From: Mobula hypostoma
Taxonomy: Eukaryota
Assembly: GCF_963921235.1 (NCBI RefSeq)
Contig: NC_086108.1
Coordinates: 87,050,001 to 87,114,000 of the forward strand
Direction: 5' to 3'
Length of the DNA: 64,000 nt
A program made the position numbers and the translations under genes. The notes beneath the pieces are model-generated. The model ran no database searches. It worked only from the letters and a program-made list of their open reading frames with translations, and was not told where the DNA came from. Of this stretch, positions 62,311 through 64,000 are shown piece after piece (position 1 is the stretch's first letter; the number at the start of each line of letters is the position of its first letter).

Positions 62311-63780
62311 CAGTGGATTCCAGTTGATTGGGACACATCAGTGGGACTCCGTTAATTGGGATTCCAGTTAATTGGGACAGTGGTGGAGGTGGATATGATA
62401 GGGTCTTTTAAGAGACTCCTGGATAGGTACATGGAGCGGCTATGGGTAACCAAAGGTAATATCTAAAGTGAGTACATGTTCAGCACAGCATTGTGGGCCG
62501 AAGGGTCTGTATTGTGCTGTAAGTTTTCTATGTTTCTATCAGGAACCAATAGATTTGACCAAATGAATTATCCAAAGTTTCATGGAAATACTTAAAAGGG
62601 TATAAAAAAGACAAACTACCATTTAACTGAGTAACAAATTATGTATTCAACTTAAATGCAGAACAAATTAGAACACTGCCAATATTCTACAGTACTATAA
62701 AACTGTATATCTGTTCATAATGGTTACCAATGGAGGAACTCATTGAATGTGCATTGGTATAGTACTCAATTGGTAAACTATCCATTCTTAAAGCATTAAG
62801 GTTTAATGCTTTTCCCAATAACCAACAGTTTTGTCTTATCAGTTCCTGACATGGTTGAACAACACAACACAGTTATGTAATCCATTGCTGTCTTTGAACG
62901 TAATAGTGTTGCGTGTTTGTAGCAAAGGGAACCGTCTGGTGTGACATGATAGAAAGGTCTGTTTCATGCGCATTGCAGATATCATCTGCACAAAATTTTT
63001 GAAGCAAGTCGGGGAGTTTTGTAGATTTCTATATATTTATAGCACCAGCACCACCTTTCTCGCTGTGTGCTTTCTTGAATTGAATTCCATTAACCGAACC
63101 AACCATCTGTTGCTTTAAAATCTTCCTGACCCAGCTATTTAGCTAGCTCCTCTGACTTGCTTTTTAACATTGATCCACCATCACGCACACCTCATCCAGT
63201 TACAATGGAAAACTGAGGTCCTCATCAACAGCTGGACCCTTGCCCTCACACTTTTGTTTTTGGAATAATCATTGTTGTTTCTCACATAATGTCCATTCTT
63301 CTCGCAGTTTATCTTGCTGATGTATCAAGCGTACATTTGTAGATTTTGGTACTCCAGTTACCTCTGCTAGCGGACAATGAGAGGTGTTAGGCAGATGGCT
63401 TTTAATTTGGTCCAGTAAGGTAATTTTTTGGGGGAATGTTGAATCTTTTCATGGCAAAGGCCTCAAAAAAATTTTAAAGTCAAAATAAAACAAAAATAAT
63501 ACAGTATTATCAAAAATCATTGCATTTTGAATTGTCTGTCAGCCCAAATGGATGACATGTCACAAGCAAAAGCAACTGTTCACTCTAAGCACAGTGTAGT
63601 GTTTAACGGTCACAGAAGTGCACGTGACTGACCATGACCTGCCCCAATTAAGCAGCATATTGTCCCAAATAAACAAAGCAAATACCAGCTATTTTCTTGA
63701 TTTGCTTTTCTCCTTTGAGAGTTCTCCCAAATAAGCAGTCGCCCAAATTAACTGATGACCCAATTAACTAAAATCTACTG
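62311..63780 (-). mobile_element. pogo/Tigger DNA transposon with a partial decayed transposase
   Basis: TA|CAGTGGATTCCAGTTGATTGGG ... CCCAATTAACTAAAATCTACTG|TA; minus strand ~62800-63450 DFKATDGW, DDICNAHETDL, ITVLCCSTMSGTDKTKLLVIGKSIKP. Confidence 0.85.
62378..62538 (+). mobile_element. CR1 3' end nested in the Tigger element
   Basis: gatagggtcttttaagagactcctggataggtacatggagc...ttttctatgtttcta. Confidence 0.8.
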
Positions 63781-63799
63781 TATATTGTTTAAAGATTAA

Positions 63800-64000
63800 G
63801 TGATCATGTCATACAACATGGTATGTACCCATCTCTACTAACTCCATTTTTCAGCAATGGCCCATAGATTTCCATACCCTGACAATTCATGTGCACATTT
63901 ACATACTTGTCGGAATGTATGGGAGTACCCGACTTCATTTACACCTCAGGCAGTGTGTTGACAACTTCTGTATAAAAGTATTATTCCTCAAATCCCCTCT
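63800..64000 (-). mobile_element. CR1 3' fragment running off the window
   Basis: cagcaatggcccatag...cacctcaggcagtgtgttgacaac. Confidence 0.45.

Noticed and set aside
1..64000. CRISPR arrays, rRNA, tRNA genes or prokaryotic operons
   Set aside because: No regularly spaced repeat-spacer array; tRNA-like boxes occur only as degenerate SINE heads; content is vertebrate-type repeats

Overview
Repeat-dense eukaryotic DNA with no host protein-coding exon that I can recognise, so probably a long intron or intergenic region. The mix of CR1 LINEs, Rex1/Babar LINEs, Penelope-like elements (PLEs) and V-SINE-like SINEs suggests a cartilaginous fish, possibly a ray (inference only). Every interpretable ORF is transposon-derived. 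Main elements: (1) a 2.44-kb Helitron (4856-7296) with exact TC...CTAG ends and an A|T target inside a CR1, encoding STPR-like 23-aa repeats joined directly to a Pif1 helicase with no Rep/HUH domain; (2) two Penelope RT/GIY-YIG fragments, one with an intact minimal hammerhead ribozyme (9330-9365), plus about ten short PLE-end relics including a 226-bp palindromic double-hammerhead unit with a 15-bp TSD (38117-38342); (3) a decayed two-LTR Ty3/Gypsy element (24554-~29547) interrupted by a LINE; (4) nested DNA transposons (hAT, pogo/Tigger, Tc1, mariner types); (5) solo LTRs, RTE-derived short elements and many truncated CR1 and Rex1/Babar copies. Family names come from motif recognition by eye, with no database search. 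Boundaries are approximate unless a TSD or TIR is quoted.
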